A stretch of 64,000 nucleotides of DNA from Camelus ferus. Lineage: Eukaryota. Each line of letters begins with the position of its first letter. Within the stretch, counting starts at the first letter, position 1. The stretch lies in assembly GCF_009834535.1 (NCBI RefSeq), contig NC_045707.1, positions 40,362,001 to 40,426,000 on the forward strand. Direction: 5' to 3'. This document shows positions 11,977 to 25,457 of this stretch, piece after piece. Under the pieces are notes generated by a model, which was not told where the DNA came from, did not search any database, and was given only the letters and a program-made list of their open reading frames with translations. Made by a program: the position numbers and the translations under genes.

Positions 11977-13956
11977 AAGAAGGCAGAGGAGGACTTCCGC
12001 CTAGTGAGATTCCCTTTGCTGCAGGCTCCAAGGCTGGAGTGAAGTGAGGACACAGGCCAGGGGCCAACTCTTAGTTACAGCCCCAGGAGATCTTTGATGT
12101 TCTCCCCTTGCAGTCTGGGGTCCCTGTTTTCAAGAATTTATCAGAATGACTCAGACTTAGGAAACTTGCTCTATGTACCTTGGACAAAATATTTGCTGAG
12201 TCAATTCTGTGAGGAGACTTGGATTGACAGTCTAAAAACCTGTTTATAGTTGACTTCCTCTGGCAAACTGCTATCAGACGCGAAGAAAAAAAAATAGCGT
12301 CATCGGTTTGGCATATACTGGATTATTCTCAGCATTTGCATTAGGTAGGTGGTCAAGCAAGAGCAGGGAGCGAAAATAAAAAGAAATGATCCAGTCCCTG
12401 CCCTACATCTCCCTCACCACCCCCTCCCTTCTTTCCCAAATTCCCACCCCTGAAAAGACAACCTGAGGACTCAAAAGGAAGATGATTTCTCCATATCTGG
12501 ATATTCTAATACAGTTAAGAAGATCCTAGCTAGTCCTGTTCAGTTGCTGGGTTCTCATATGCTCTCCCTTTTCAAGCTTCTACAATGGATCCATCTTACC
12601 AACAACAAAAGTTAGTTAGCTCCTAACCTTTTTGGCTTTACTTTCCTCCCTCCTCTAGGTTCTTCAAGTTATGAAAGCACAATGAGTGAGTGAATGAAGA
12701 GAGGGTTGAGTAGAAGAAGACAAAAATGTTACAATGTTCATTGAAGACAACAGGCGAAGGTCCTGGAATTGGAGTCATGAGACTTGGGTCTCCAGCCACG
12801 GCTTTGCCACTTGGTGAACTGAGAGATAGTGGCAGGTGAATGCCCCACTGTGGGTCACTGCAAATCAAGGGGCTTGAGTGAAACAAATCTCTAGGCTGTT
12901 TTCCAATTCTTTGATACCGTAAGTAGGAAGATGAGACACAATTACATCTTGTTTGGGGGTTTTATTGTCCTTGTCTGAAAACCCAGGTTTGGGGAGAGCA
13001 GGTAGACCTCAACCTGTTTATCAGTTTGATCAGTTGGTATTGACTGTCTGCAATGTGGGAAAGGGTGTTGTGACTGACTATAGCATCTGCCATGGACATG
13101 ATAGGGAAACAAGCGAGGGCCAGGTAGTTATATTCCTAGTGCCTGATTCGTTTCCTTCCTAGCTCTTTCACTACTATCAAACATTGGATGCATATGTCTG
13201 TTTAATTGTATCTTTGCTGCCTAAAATACAAATATTATCATATTATGGAGTCCGGTGCCTGGTAGAGAGTCTATTACCTGGTAAGTGTTCACTAATACTT
13301 TTTGAATAAATGAATGAGTCTAAGTAGCTTAAGGGCACGTCTAGAGCAATAGCACAGAGGACCACGCTACACTGGACGCACGTAGAGGGAATCGCTCTGT
13401 TCCATATGATCTCCAGGGGTCCTTGCTAACTTAGATTTTTATTTTCTCTAAGACTGAGCATCAGCCTTCAACTTGATAGAGGAGAGGACAGCAATGGTGG
13501 AAGGAGGAATTTTCCTGGGATTCAGTGAACACTTCTCTTGGAAATTGTTTCTTTTTTGAGTATTTTCACTGAGAGTTTGAATAGGAGGCAATTAGCTTGA
13601 GAAAAGATTCAAAATGGAGTCTGGCTTCTCCTTATTGCTCTGATTTTCCAACCACAGGTGAATTTTCCTTGAGTCTTGAAGACTTCATTCTGCTCCCCTT
13701 TACTCTTCGTTTGTGTTGGAGGGTGCATATTATTATAGTTGGGTATTAGGCTTTACGGAAGGCTGAGAGAGAAGGAGGCTTTCTTGGTAAGCTTGGCTCT
13801 GTGGCTTGGCAGTCGCACAATAAAATGACTTTATCCCCAAACCAGATGTTCAAGTTGTTTTAATAATATCTTATGATCCCTCCTCTAAATAAAACAAAAA
13901 CTCACTCTATCAGAATGTTCTCTGGGATTAGAAGGTTGATCTCTGCTATCTGGTTT

Positions 13957-13975
13957 TACCCACCAGAGGGTAGTA
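13957..13975 (+). promoter_or_regulatory. CTCF-like motif
   Basis: TACCCACCAGAGGGTAGTA; one mismatch to the core. Confidence 0.4.
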
Positions 13976-15109
13976 CCAAGACAAATTTGGAATAAATCCC
14001 TACAAAACTCAAAATTGGTTTGGGATGATTTGCTCTGGATTTTGTATAAAAGTACCTGAGAAAATCAAGATAAGTCTCTAAATGCCTCACAAAATTTCTA
14101 GGTAGACATTGGTCTCTCTTTATTACCAGGAATAGTGTTGGGACATTGAGTAAGTGCTCGTGAACTGGGACTGATCCGCATTTTCCTTGCACAATCAGTT
14201 TACCTGGAATCTTAACGTAAGCTTTTCCAGTGCATGTGAAGTTAGAGTCAATGATTGTTGGGATCTTTTTAACTCAACAATTCTAAGACTTTCTGTAGGA
14301 ATAACTTATTAATTTGTCCAGATTTTCCAAATTTGAATTCAACTGACCTGCTATCATCAGTGGTGGCTACCGACTCAGGGGCACACCTAGAGAGTCAAAG
14401 ATGATATGCTTGACCCTTTGGTGGGATTATGGGTTTTCTCTGGGACCCAGGCACCTTTCTCTTCAATTTTATAATTTCACATAGCATTCTGTGCCTTTCT
14501 CCCATAGCAATATCCTAATTTGTAATTAGATAATTCTGATTAATGTCTAGTGAACAGGAACCATGTATATTTTATCACTTCAGCCCTAGAATAATGCTTA
14601 ATACAGATATTTTCCCTCAATAAATATCTATTGAAAAAATGAATAAATCAGTAGGTGAAATAATGAATGAATAAATATAGCTAGCAATAAGCATTCTTTT
14701 GATAAGGCACTTGAAAATTTGGAAGTAAATTTCAATTTCTTATTAATTAATTAAATATTTGTTGAGCAACAGGTTCTGGGCACTGAGAAATATAAGTTTC
14801 TGTCTTTAAGGAACTCAGAGACTCCTGGGGGAAACAGACAAGAAATTAGACTATTTTAACTGATGCCACATGAAAAATAAGAGCAAAAGGTTTTCAAGAA
14901 ATATAGGAAGCAATGTCTGGCTAAGTCTGGAAGAGATCAAGGATGAATTTCCAGAGGGGATTATGCCAAGTCTTGAAGAGTAAGTGAGGGAAAATCAGTT
15001 AAAGAAATGCCTCTAACAACAGATCTTCAACACAAGAGGTGAAGTGTGTTGATCCTTCCTTGTGCATAAATTTCCTGTAGGGTCAATAGCCAAGTAGGGG
15101 AGAGAATTA

Positions 15110-15356
15110 GCAGAGAAGTTAAGAGCGGAAACCCTGGAGGCAGACTGTCTGGGCAGGAATCCTGCTTCCACTTCACCAGTGTGCTGTGTGACCTTGAGAA
15201 AATTACTTAAACTCTTGGGGTCTTAGTTTCTTTATTTTAGAATGAGAATAATAGTAGTATCTGCCTCATGGGATTACATAAAGAATACATTCAATAAAAC
15301 ATGCAAAGCACTTAGAGTAAACACATTGAAGGACAAAATGTTAGCTGTTATTATCA
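15110..15356 (+). mobile_element. Near full-length MIR SINE
   Basis: Colinear with the MIR consensus from GTTAAGAGC...CTGGAGGCAGACTG through TGTGTGACCTTGAG to AAATGTTAGCTGTTATTATC. Confidence 0.85.
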
Positions 15357-17204
15357 TTGTCATCGATGTTGAATACTTCCTGGATGTGGCACATGTTGAG
15401 AGCATGGTTTGGGGACAAAAAAAGAGAGAACAATGAATCAGGAAAGGACCACACTGATTAAAAAAAAAACTGTGTCAACTAATAATAACGTAATAATAAA
15501 AAACTGTATCTAATAACCACTAATTTTGGCCCATCCACCAATACTCCATGGGATAGTTCTGACATCACTGATTGTCTGGAGACCAAAATAAAAAAATCTA
15601 TGGGTCTCAATATATCAATTCCAAACCTGCCTCCTCAGTGCCTGGAACAGATTGGGAAATTAAATCATCATTATATTTATAAATATGTGAAGACCCGTCC
15701 ACATTTCCAAACTAAATATTGTTTGTCAAATCCATTTAATCAGCCTTTATTGAGAAACTTCCTTATGCATGAGAGTCAAAGATGACTATGACATGTCCCC
15801 TGCCTGCAAAACTGAGAGCCTTATGAGGCAGATGGATGTGTGCTCAGAAAATGAGAATATAATAAATGTGGTGACTGCCAGAGAAGTCTGCATGAAGGGC
15901 CACTGAAGCATAGAGAAGAGAGCAAAATGTCCACCCAGGAGTCAGGAAAGTCTCCACAGAAAAGAAGTCAGAATACGATGAGCAAATATGGGAAAGGCAA
16001 GGTCTCTCGGATTCGCTTTGCTATACCCACCAGGCTCAGGAAAGTACCTTGTCACAAGAATGCTCAATAAACAGCTATAATATCACTGAATGGATGAATA
16101 AGGAGGCTAGTTTTTCCTACTGCCCATTCTTCTCTACCCCCTCCTCCCCACGACATCTTCCCACACACTCTCTTCAACCCCAGGGGGAACCTCCATTTCA
16201 TTACTCATCCCTTTCACTGCCTGGTCTTTTGCAAACCTCTCAAAAGCCTCCTCTAGTATTGCTCAACAACACAGGTGTCCTGGGTGAAGCATAGAGCATT
16301 TAAATCATGGGGAAAGCCTGACGCAAATGAGCATCTTCCACTAATTTGTCACTGGAGAGTGTGAAGTGCCGAATCAGGGAAGGACAGTATGTGCTGTGTG
16401 GTCATTGTCATAACCATGCCATGTTCCACCTGGCTTTTTCCCAAAACCCCCCTGCCCCTGCAGAGAAGAGTGTCAGGTCTGTTGAGGTTCATGTCTACAT
16501 ATGCAGACACGAAACACACGCTGCCCCTGGTGCCAAGAGGGCTGAACCCAAGACGCCCTGTGTCTCCTCACCACCTCATCAAAACGAAAGGAGACCCTGA
16601 AGGAATCTAGGAAAATAGGCCCTCCAAACCATCCCACAGCTGCAAGCAATGTAATGGACCAGACGCTGCATCCTTTCCAATCCACCCTTCCACTCTTCAT
16701 CAGCCCCACCCCCTCTCCATCCTTTCTGCACCCAGATTTTATTCTCAGTGCTAGACAGCCAACAGTCTAAGAGGTCTTCCAAACAAAATCACATTTCCTT
16801 CTTTTTTCATCCCCAGAGCATGGTGCATCCAAACCACGCAGCAACTTCACTCCTCATAAATCAATTGTTTAATTGACAGAAGAGGGGATTTGTTTAGAGG
16901 CTCACAAGACTCAAAATTTCATATGACCTATCTTCCTCAAATGCCCAGAAGACCTTGATAGTCTGTTGTTTTCCCAGGAACTTTGCAACTTCCAAGGTCT
17001 GGAGAAGGGTCAAGTGCCTGCACTCCAATTTTCTCCCCATCTCTCTGGTCTGAGAAGACAAGAGTATCATCTGGGATTTGTGGCCAAGTGTAATCTGTGT
17101 GGCCTCTTTGTATGAAGATGAGATGAAATGTTTCGATGAATAGGTTTTTTCTCATCCATAGATTGCCCACAATGCTATGCAGAGTCCTCTCCAAGTTTTG
17201 GAGT

Positions 17205-17205
<1 letters not shown>

Positions 17206-17230
<25 letters not shown>
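17206..17230. repeat. (AAAAC)5 microsatellite
   Basis: Read directly. Confidence 0.9.
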
Positions 17231-17235
<5 letters not shown>

Positions 17236-17769
17236 ATGAAAAACTTTCAAGTATTTGAGGAAGCATTTTAGCAAGTGCTGGGGGAATAGCAAGTGGTAAG
17301 ATTATAGTGAAAAAGAAATGGAGAAAGGAAGAGAACTGAAGCAAAAGGAAAAAGAGGAAAACAAAACAATAATGAGAGGAGGCTTGTATCCAGAAGCGTC
17401 TTCCTTTGAGCAGAACTTAAATGCAATTCTAAGTTCAGAGAGGAGAGAGTCAAAATTTGTGTAATGATTTGTAGGTTTTTTTCTTTTTAATATCATGGAC
17501 TGATTGAGTATCCATGAAGAGAGAGGCACCATGTTTCAGGGAGAGCTGTGCTGTTTTATAATTAGAAAATGTGGGTTGTTGTTTCAGTTCTGCTGATAAA
17601 GTGAGTGATATCAGGGACAGCTTCACCTGGCTGGCCTCAGCAGCACATCTTGTACCCAGCTCAAGTCCAACCCCATAGCATATCTCCTCTGTGATCACTG
17701 TGGTCTTCATCACCATAACCTTCCTCCTGGGGGATTGCAACAGCATCAGAAAGGACTGGAAAGATCATC

Positions 17770-17952
17770 AGCCCAGGGTCTCCTGAACACACATGAGCAT
17801 CATCTGGGCAGCTTTTAAAACTACCAAGGTCCTGGACCCCACCTCAGTTCTGTGACATGGTTAAATGGGCATCTGTGGAGGGTAGCCCTGGCCACTGTAT
17901 TTTTTAAAGCTCTCCAGATGATTCTAATGAGTCTGCCTTGGCTAAGAATAAT
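17770..17952 (+). mobile_element. MER5-family hAT MITE
   Basis: CATCATCTGGGCAGCTTTTAAAA...TGTATTTTTTAAAGCTCTCCAGATGATTCTAATG. Confidence 0.7.
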
Positions 17953-17959
17953 TATGCTA

Positions 17960-18360
17960 GCCCAGTCTCTGGGAAAGTACTTATTCATAGATTCAAAGGA
18001 TATTTCTGAGTGCCTACTGAGGGTATCAGGAACTGTGCTAGGTATTTAGCAGTGAACATGACAAAATCCTAATAAGCCCTTTTACATTCAAACAGAGAGG
18101 GGGGAGAAAATGTATAAACAAATAAATAAACATCATAGTTTCAGATAGTGATATGTGCTGTACAGAATACAAGACAAGGTAATAGAAAGTAACTGGAGGG
18201 GTATGTAAGGGTGAGAAAAGTTTACTCTAGAAGATGATTTTTGGACTGTGACCAGAATGAGAAAAGAATCCTGCCAGAGGATGCAGAAAAAGAGCATTCT
18301 GGAGTAGAGGAGAAGCAAGTGCAAAGGCCCTGGGGTGCACAGCCAAGAGACTGAAAGGTC
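17960..18360 (-). mobile_element. L2 3' fragment
   Basis: TTCTGAGTGCCTACTGAGGGTATCAGGAACTGTGCTAGGTATTTAGCAGTGAACATGACAAAATCC...AAGTGCAAAGGCCCTGGGG. Confidence 0.8.
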
Positions 18361-19429
18361 AGCACTGAGGGAGCAAAGTCTTTCAGTAAAACAAGGATGG
18401 TGACACCTGTCCCTAAATGATCATATGGCTATGCTACATAGATGGGTGAGGCGTCAGAAAACATTTGGAAAAGAAAAGCCCAATAAAAATACCAAGAGTG
18501 TGCTGTTTCATTGTTGTCATATCATCTAATGTAATTCCATGGCCCACATACCAGATGACAGACCCATGACACCCTACTGACTCAGCTGTGGAACCCAAAC
18601 ATTGCCCCATGATACAACTGCAGAATCCAGGCCTGAACTTTCCTGGTAAGTCCTGGATAGATTTTGCACAAATGCAGTTTATATTCTAGAAATCTGTGAT
18701 AAAAATGCTGAGACAGATTTCCATTTATTGGACTCAACTCTCTTAATGCATGTGACAAAGTTTGAAGAAAAAGTCAAAAGTCCTTCAAATGCACCAGAGG
18801 AAGATGAGTTACCAGGCTGTCTAACTGGGTGATGGCCTCCCTAGATGGTCTCCTCCCAGACAACCAATCTGCTTGCCTTTGCAACATACCACACCTTCAC
18901 CCAGCAAAGGGAATACAGAAAGTCCATTCATATGATCACTTTCTACTATCCCTGAGAAAGGTACTTTGGAAAAAGGTTAATTTTTTTTGCTAAAATTTGT
19001 TTTGTTAATGTTTTTAATCATCTTTAATTATACAAGTCATACATGTTTGCATTCTCCTTATTATCAAACTAAAATATTGTTGGGAAAGAAAAAGTATCTT
19101 TGAACACTACCCCAGTCCCCAAAAGTAACTACTACTGACTGTTTTGATGCATTTGTGTACCTATATATATATATGCCATGCCACAGAAAGTGTGCAGAAT
19201 TTCTTTTCTTTTTACATAACTGGCATCACAGTGAATGTCTCCAAGGACGCCTGCACAAGGATGCTTACTATGAACATTGTTTGTAAAGTAAAGCTACATA
19301 CATGGCTATCAGTAGAGGAATACTTTGATACATGGTGGTACATTCACATGATGGGATTCTATGCAACTTTTTAGAAGAACGATGCAGCCAGCCCTAAGTG
19401 CACAATTAAAGCTTCAAGAGGCATTGCTG

Positions 19430-19860
19430 AATTTCCTTAACTTTTTTGGGAATTGTTTTATAGTCATCTCTGAGGACTCAGGGAGGTGCGACCAGTTACA
19501 TACAGCAAATCGAGACAGTTGGGGCAGGGAAAAGGAACTAGCTCTAAAAGAGGTGAGGCAGAGAGACACAGAGAGAGAGAGAAGGTTCGGTTTGGCATCC
19601 AAGGCTATACAGCAAACTTGCACGGTTCAGGCAAATTAGCAGCAATCAGGGGATAGCAAGGGAAGGTGAGTTCCAGGAGACAGATGAAGCCCAGAGATGC
19701 AGAACTCAAAGCAGATGCTGCTTTGTCATGCTCAGCAACAGGCAGTCCCATTAGTGGTAGCTGGGTTCCAAAGGCTAGCCTGAAATTCAAGGTCAAGACT
19801 GCTAGTCCTCAGGGGGAGGGCAGCAAAAACAAGACAGGGCCACCATCCACTGTCCCACAT
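19430..19860. mobile_element. Possible ancient LTR fragment (family unassigned)
   Basis: Ends in CCACTGTCCCACA, with LTR-like composition; weak recollection only. Confidence 0.3.
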
Positions 19861-22800
19861 ATATATGTATCATCAAACACCTCCTATGTGTTAAAACCTG
19901 TTCTAGGTGCTGCAGATACAGCTCTTAATAAGACAAGTACCGTTCCTGCCATGATACAGACAAATTTAGCATATTTTATGGTTTCCTACATAGATCGATT
20001 ATTTTATAGAGCTGAGATTTCTCCCTTGTCCTATAGTCATCGTGTTGGTGTCATACAAGCTGGGTATCCAACTTCTCTCTCTCTCAATGCTGGACATTGG
20101 GAAGGTCATCTATGCACTATCTTTAGTGAAGTCATTCCCAGACTTTAATCTACAGGATGTGCACCCGAAAGGCTAAATAAAAACTCTTATCACCAGATTC
20201 CAGTCCCCAGATCCTCTGCAAAGTAGTTCCAGAATGAAGCCTGATATCTGTGTTTTAAACAAGTACCTGGGACACTTAATGAAGCAGATGATCTGCTATA
20301 CACACAGAGTTTTCAAATAGTGGTTACCTGGAATTATAGAATGGCAAGCATACCAAGGGCTCACAAGAGGAAGGTACATTCTCTGGAATAAACAACCCAC
20401 AATTTAAAGCAAATGCTCCTTTGTTGATTCATTCATCTTTTCTCTCTTGATAATGTCCAGAACACACCCCCACTATGCAATATAGGGTGGAAGTTGTTAA
20501 GGTCATGGGATGAGGGTGCAGAATTAGAGGTGACTGAGGAAGATTTAATTTGGAAAGAAGCTCAGCCTATGTACAAGAGGGCTCTGGGATGCCAAGAGGT
20601 AGCTTGAGTTCAACGGAGTCTTCTAAGACTCAAGCCAGACCGGTCTCTTTCCTGTGTTTCCCCAGCTTCTCCAGGAAAATGACACAATTGGCTGAGCAGA
20701 GTAGATCCCAGCAGTGCCTGACAACGAGGCACTAAGAGGAAAGTCCAACACAAAGTGCAGAGGGAAAAATGAGATTCCAGAATAAGGGATGGACTCTGTT
20801 ATTCAATCAAGGGCTTTACGATAGAGTTGGACAGGCTTTCTCTGACCACCCACGTGAACTGGGTCTCTGTTTCATTCTCAGTTCATTATCCCTTATATAA
20901 CAAACACTGATGAAGTTCCTGCCTTGTGCACTCTTACAGAGCAATGCTTCCTCCCTCTGACATATATTTCACATCTTTTTAGTGTAGTAACTTGATTCTT
21001 CTGTTTCTACCTAGCAGGCTGAAATTTCCATGAAAGCAGGAACATGCCTGAGTTTTGCTTCTACTGCCTACCAGGCTGACTCACTGGTGTTACAACAATA
21101 AGGCACAAACCAGGGATTGTATCTAGATATGAATGTGTCCCATGGTTCCTGGGTAGGAGAGGAGAAACCAGGTTTGAACTGTACAGAACCAGACACTCAC
21201 CTGTTGAAAACGTTTCTAATCATCACACACATAAGACTGTAAACAGTAGACTTAGTTCTCACAGAGGCTTCCTCACTACAAACTTGAAAATGCAGTTTAT
21301 ATAATTATAAATGTCACATGCATTCATTTCTCTTTTCTTTTTAAATGGGAAAACAAAGGAAATAGAATTTATCATTACACCTATGTTTGTAGGGCACAAA
21401 CCTGTATTGGTACTATAAATAAAGTTGATTAATATTTTTCTATTCTCTTTGCAAAAAATAGTATTATTAAACCATTGTCATATGAAGAAACAATCAAAGC
21501 ATATTCAATCAAAAATTTGGTTAGAAAAAATATTATATCAATGTGCCAGGCAGCGCACAAAATTTTTATGTTTTAATTTTTATCTATATGTGCATTATTT
21601 GTCAACTTTTAAAAATCTGTAATTTATTCTTTTCCTATAGGCACAATTTTATACTTTTCTTAATGAGGATTCCCCAATCCGGGATCTGCCTATGGTCATG
21701 CCCCATGAACTTTCTGTACACACTTAGGTAATAAACAGCTGTACAACTACTTTAAACTGAGAACACAGTCTCAGTTTAGAAGGTTAATAAGAGTCTAAGA
21801 TATCAGTAAAAAAAATCCCAGATTGATTTAGGGTTGCTTCTTCTCTCTTTCTTAGTTTGGGTATATTTCAGAAATATATATTAGGCATATTTGAAAAACT
21901 GCAGTCAGAAAGGGGAAGGCTGGTTAATTTCTTCTATGTTTTTCTACCTTATGCTTCTGTTCTTCACTCTTGCCCTAGCTGACCAGCAGTTTCTGAAGGT
22001 CAGAAACAGTGGTGAAAAAAGGTCTTAATGGAACTGCATTGGGTAGTTTCCTGTTCTCTCTATGGAGGTCTTTCCATAGGTTCACAAGATGTTCTGCACT
22101 GGGTTCCTCTCCCTGCAGATCGCTTGATCCTGGGAGATGTGGATACACTTCTGTTTTGAGTGGTTGCTCCTGACTCCTCCCTCACTGAGGTGTTCACCTC
22201 CAGATGCTTGCTGCTGGGATCCCTCTGTACCTCTAGCATCAGAAACAACTCATCACTCTCTCTCTCCCAGTTGTTCCACATTCGGTCCTTAGGAAATCCT
22301 CTTGCATCCCTTGCTCCACCATGCCCTGGGAGTACAGGCCAATTCCACCGTAGAGTTCTCTCCTGACTCCAGTGCCTTTGTTGTCTAACAGATTCCCCAG
22401 GCAGCAGTCAGACTGTGCTCCCAACGACATAGTGCTTTCCTCAAAGTCTCCTCGCACTAGACTAGAGGTGATAGAATAGTTGATCACCTATCACTCCTCC
22501 CTCTTTATAGTCTTGACCTGGCTCAGAGGTCAAAAAGTCACCAACCAGTTCCTCAGGATCTTTTCCTTTGTAAATATGCAATTGGTGATTTGGTGGAATT
22601 TTCCTTCGACTGAATTTTGGGACCTAGTCATAACTTCAATTTTAACATCCTGTTGCAGTCTTAATTGCCATTGCTTCACTTCATGGTATGCAGTTCCTCT
22701 GTCCCTGGGCCACCAAACTGACTAGCCTTAAAGAAAGCATGGTCTTTTAAAAAAGTTAGCTAACATGTGTTCAAATTAGCTCACTCTTCCTCATAACTGC

Positions 22801-24836
22801 TCATTTTAAATTCCTTTGGAAGGAATCAAACTGCACTGAAATACTTTTGGCCAATGCATGGGCTTCTATGAACACAAAATTAATTAATTCCTTTACCACC
22901 AAGTATGTATGGAGTGTTTCTTTTGTGCAAAGCACTCTGCTAGACACACAAAAAAATCAACACACAACAGAAGTTATGTGAAGAGAGGTTGTGTAAATTA
23001 TTCTACAACTATTTCACACCCCATCAACCATCTTTTTTTGCTTAAATGCTTCCCAAAACCCACAGAAGCTAAAGCCAGACTGGTAGGAGTATGTTGCTAA
23101 TGATATACCAATGTCCCCCTTCAATGAAGGATTAAATCCTGAGTAGACTAGAACTGAGAATCTGTCCCCTTCATGTTCCCAAAAGAGAGTCACCCTCTTA
23201 GCAGTTTTTGTTCATTATCTCACAGGTGCTAGATTCCAGTGTGGTACATCCAATGTGAATTTCCATCTGTCCCTGGCACCTGCATCTTCTTCTTGACTTA
23301 CCACCTGGACTCTCCTTTTGAAACTGGTTATTTTTAAAATTAGGCCCCTTAGGCTGCATGATTTGATGGAATTCTTCACAGGTCTGATTACTAATGCAAA
23401 TTGGTGACTAATTCCCAAGTCTTAGGAAAAGGACTTCTTCTATCTTGGGATTGGGTTTCGCAAAGATCCTCTTCAAGAGCCCTGAAAGAAGACAGAATCC
23501 TTTTCTTGAAGTGTTAACTTCCTCAATCAAGACAGGTTCTGTTGTGAGTTAGATCTCTCCCCACTGCTCTTTGCTTAAATGGGCGTGAAGTGGGGAGGAT
23601 GGGTAAACTGCTTTCCTGGTACCCAGGAGACTAAGGAATGACCTTAGATGTCTTTTCCCAGAGACTCTGGGAAGAAGTTGCAGCTGCCATTTTAATTTTC
23701 TTACAGATAATATCGTGTCTTTTTTTTTTTTTTAAAATGGTTTCAAGGAGTAAAATCAAATATATCTTCTTTATGACCATGCCAGGTTCTGCATTTTGCT
23801 AAGCACTAAAGGTTTTCTTAGGTCTTAAAACAAGTGTCAGGGGTTTTAATTCTATAAAAAAGAAAGAACTGGATGTTCTGAAGGCAGACCACATGGTCGC
23901 CACTTAAAAGTACAAGTTTATAGCAAATGGCTGAAACTTTCTAGTAACGCTGAAATGATTTTGTATAAGTGTACTGTTTCCAAATATTTTTCAGGATTCA
24001 TTTGGGAATGATTAAGCTAATGTTACATCTTTTCAGTGTTATGAAAAAGATGACTTTCAATTGGAGAGAGATTTCAGCAAATCGCTAAGGAAATAAAACC
24101 GACCTGGTCCTCTTCTTCCCGTGCTATGTGGAGAGAATGGGCTTTTGTTATTAGGGCACCTTAGGACATCTGGGTGTCTGCTACGTAGCCAAAAGAATGA
24201 AGAACATGCACCCTCTGGAGCTCCTTGAGGAGTTAAGAGCTGACTTCTAGTTAAAGCACAGTACTGCTGTCATGCCCATGACAGCCTTGGAACTCTCAGA
24301 AGGCATGCCACCAACTTGCTCAGAAGTCCCAGCAAGGATATGCTTCATTGCATTACACAAATACACAAATGAAATGAAAAGGACTGGGCAGAAGCGTCTG
24401 GGAACAGGTCAAGAGAGGAATCAGCCAGCCAACAGCTGAATGGGTATTGTGAGGACAGCGTGCCTATTGTGGGGACCCCTGCACGCATTTGGACAACCTC
24501 GTGCTGACAGGGAGGTCTCCTGAATGTTTTATGTACTGGCTACATTCCCATGAATGCTAGCCTGAAGTCACTGATAGATACTTGATGGAGACACAACTCA
24601 TCCAAAGTAGGATCCAAGAGAGGAAAAAGCAAAGCAGATGCAGATAAAAGATAATTTATAAATCTGGGTTGGTGCCCTCATGGGTTCAAGGAAGGAAGGA
24701 GGCAAGGCTGGAGAAGTAGGTCCAGGATTGCTAGAAGATATTCAAAGGCTAGAATTATTACCTATATTAATCCAATTCCAACTTAACATGGTTATATACA
24801 TCTTAAGGGACATGCTCATTTATGAATTCATATAAA

Positions 24837-25457
24837 ATGTGTCTGTGTGTATATGTGTGTGTAAAGGAATCCATTATAAGAAATTGGCTCACATAATTAT
24901 GGAGGCAAGCAACTCCCAAGATTTGCAGGGTGAATTGGCAAGCTGGAGACCCAGGAGAGCCAATGATTTGGTATAGTTCCTATATGAAGGTTGGCAGGCA
25001 TGAGACCCAGGAAAAGCCAATGATTCAGTTTGAATACAAAGGCAGAAAAAAAAGCTAATGTTTTAGTTTGAAGGTAGTCAGCTAGGAATAATTTTCTCTT
25101 ACTTAGAGGAAGATCAGGCTTTTGTTTCTATCCATGCCTTCAACTTATTGGATGAAGCCCACTCACATTAGAGAGGGTAATCTGCTTTACTCAGTCCACC
25201 AATTTAAATGTTAATCTCAAGAATATGAAAATGAATATATGTATATATGACTGAAGAATTGTGCTGTACACCAGAAATTGACAGAACATTGTAAACTGAC
25301 TATACCTCAATAAAAAAATAATTAAAAATGTAAATTACTCTAAAAAATGTTAATCTCATTCAAAAAATACCCTCACAGAAACAACTAGAAGAATGTTTAC
25401 TAAATATCTGGGCATCTTGTGGCCCATTCAAGTGAACACATAAAATTAACCATCACA
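24837..25457 (-). mobile_element. MLT2B-type 3' LTR of an ERV-L provirus (interrupted by an L1 tail)
   Basis: TTATAAGAAATTGGCTCACA...GGAGACCCAGGAGAGCC...GAGGGTAATCTGCTTTACTCAG...AAAATTAACCATCACA, then directly into ERVL internal sequence. Confidence 0.85.
25220..25344 (+). mobile_element. 125-bp L1 3' tail inserted in the MLT2 LTR, perfect 14-bp TSD
   Basis: AAATGTTAATCTCA at 25206-25219 and 25345-25358; target TTT|AAAT; A-rich tail. Confidence 0.9.

Noticed and set aside
19666-20148. 160-aa plus-strand ORF
   Set aside because: It crosses from an LTR-like segment into an L2 tail, and has no splice context or recognisable domain.
24458-24486. Inverted GCGTGC/GCACGC pair as a dual AHR response element
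   Set aside because: Neither half has the full TNGCGTG, and a 6-bp inverted repeat is expected by chance.
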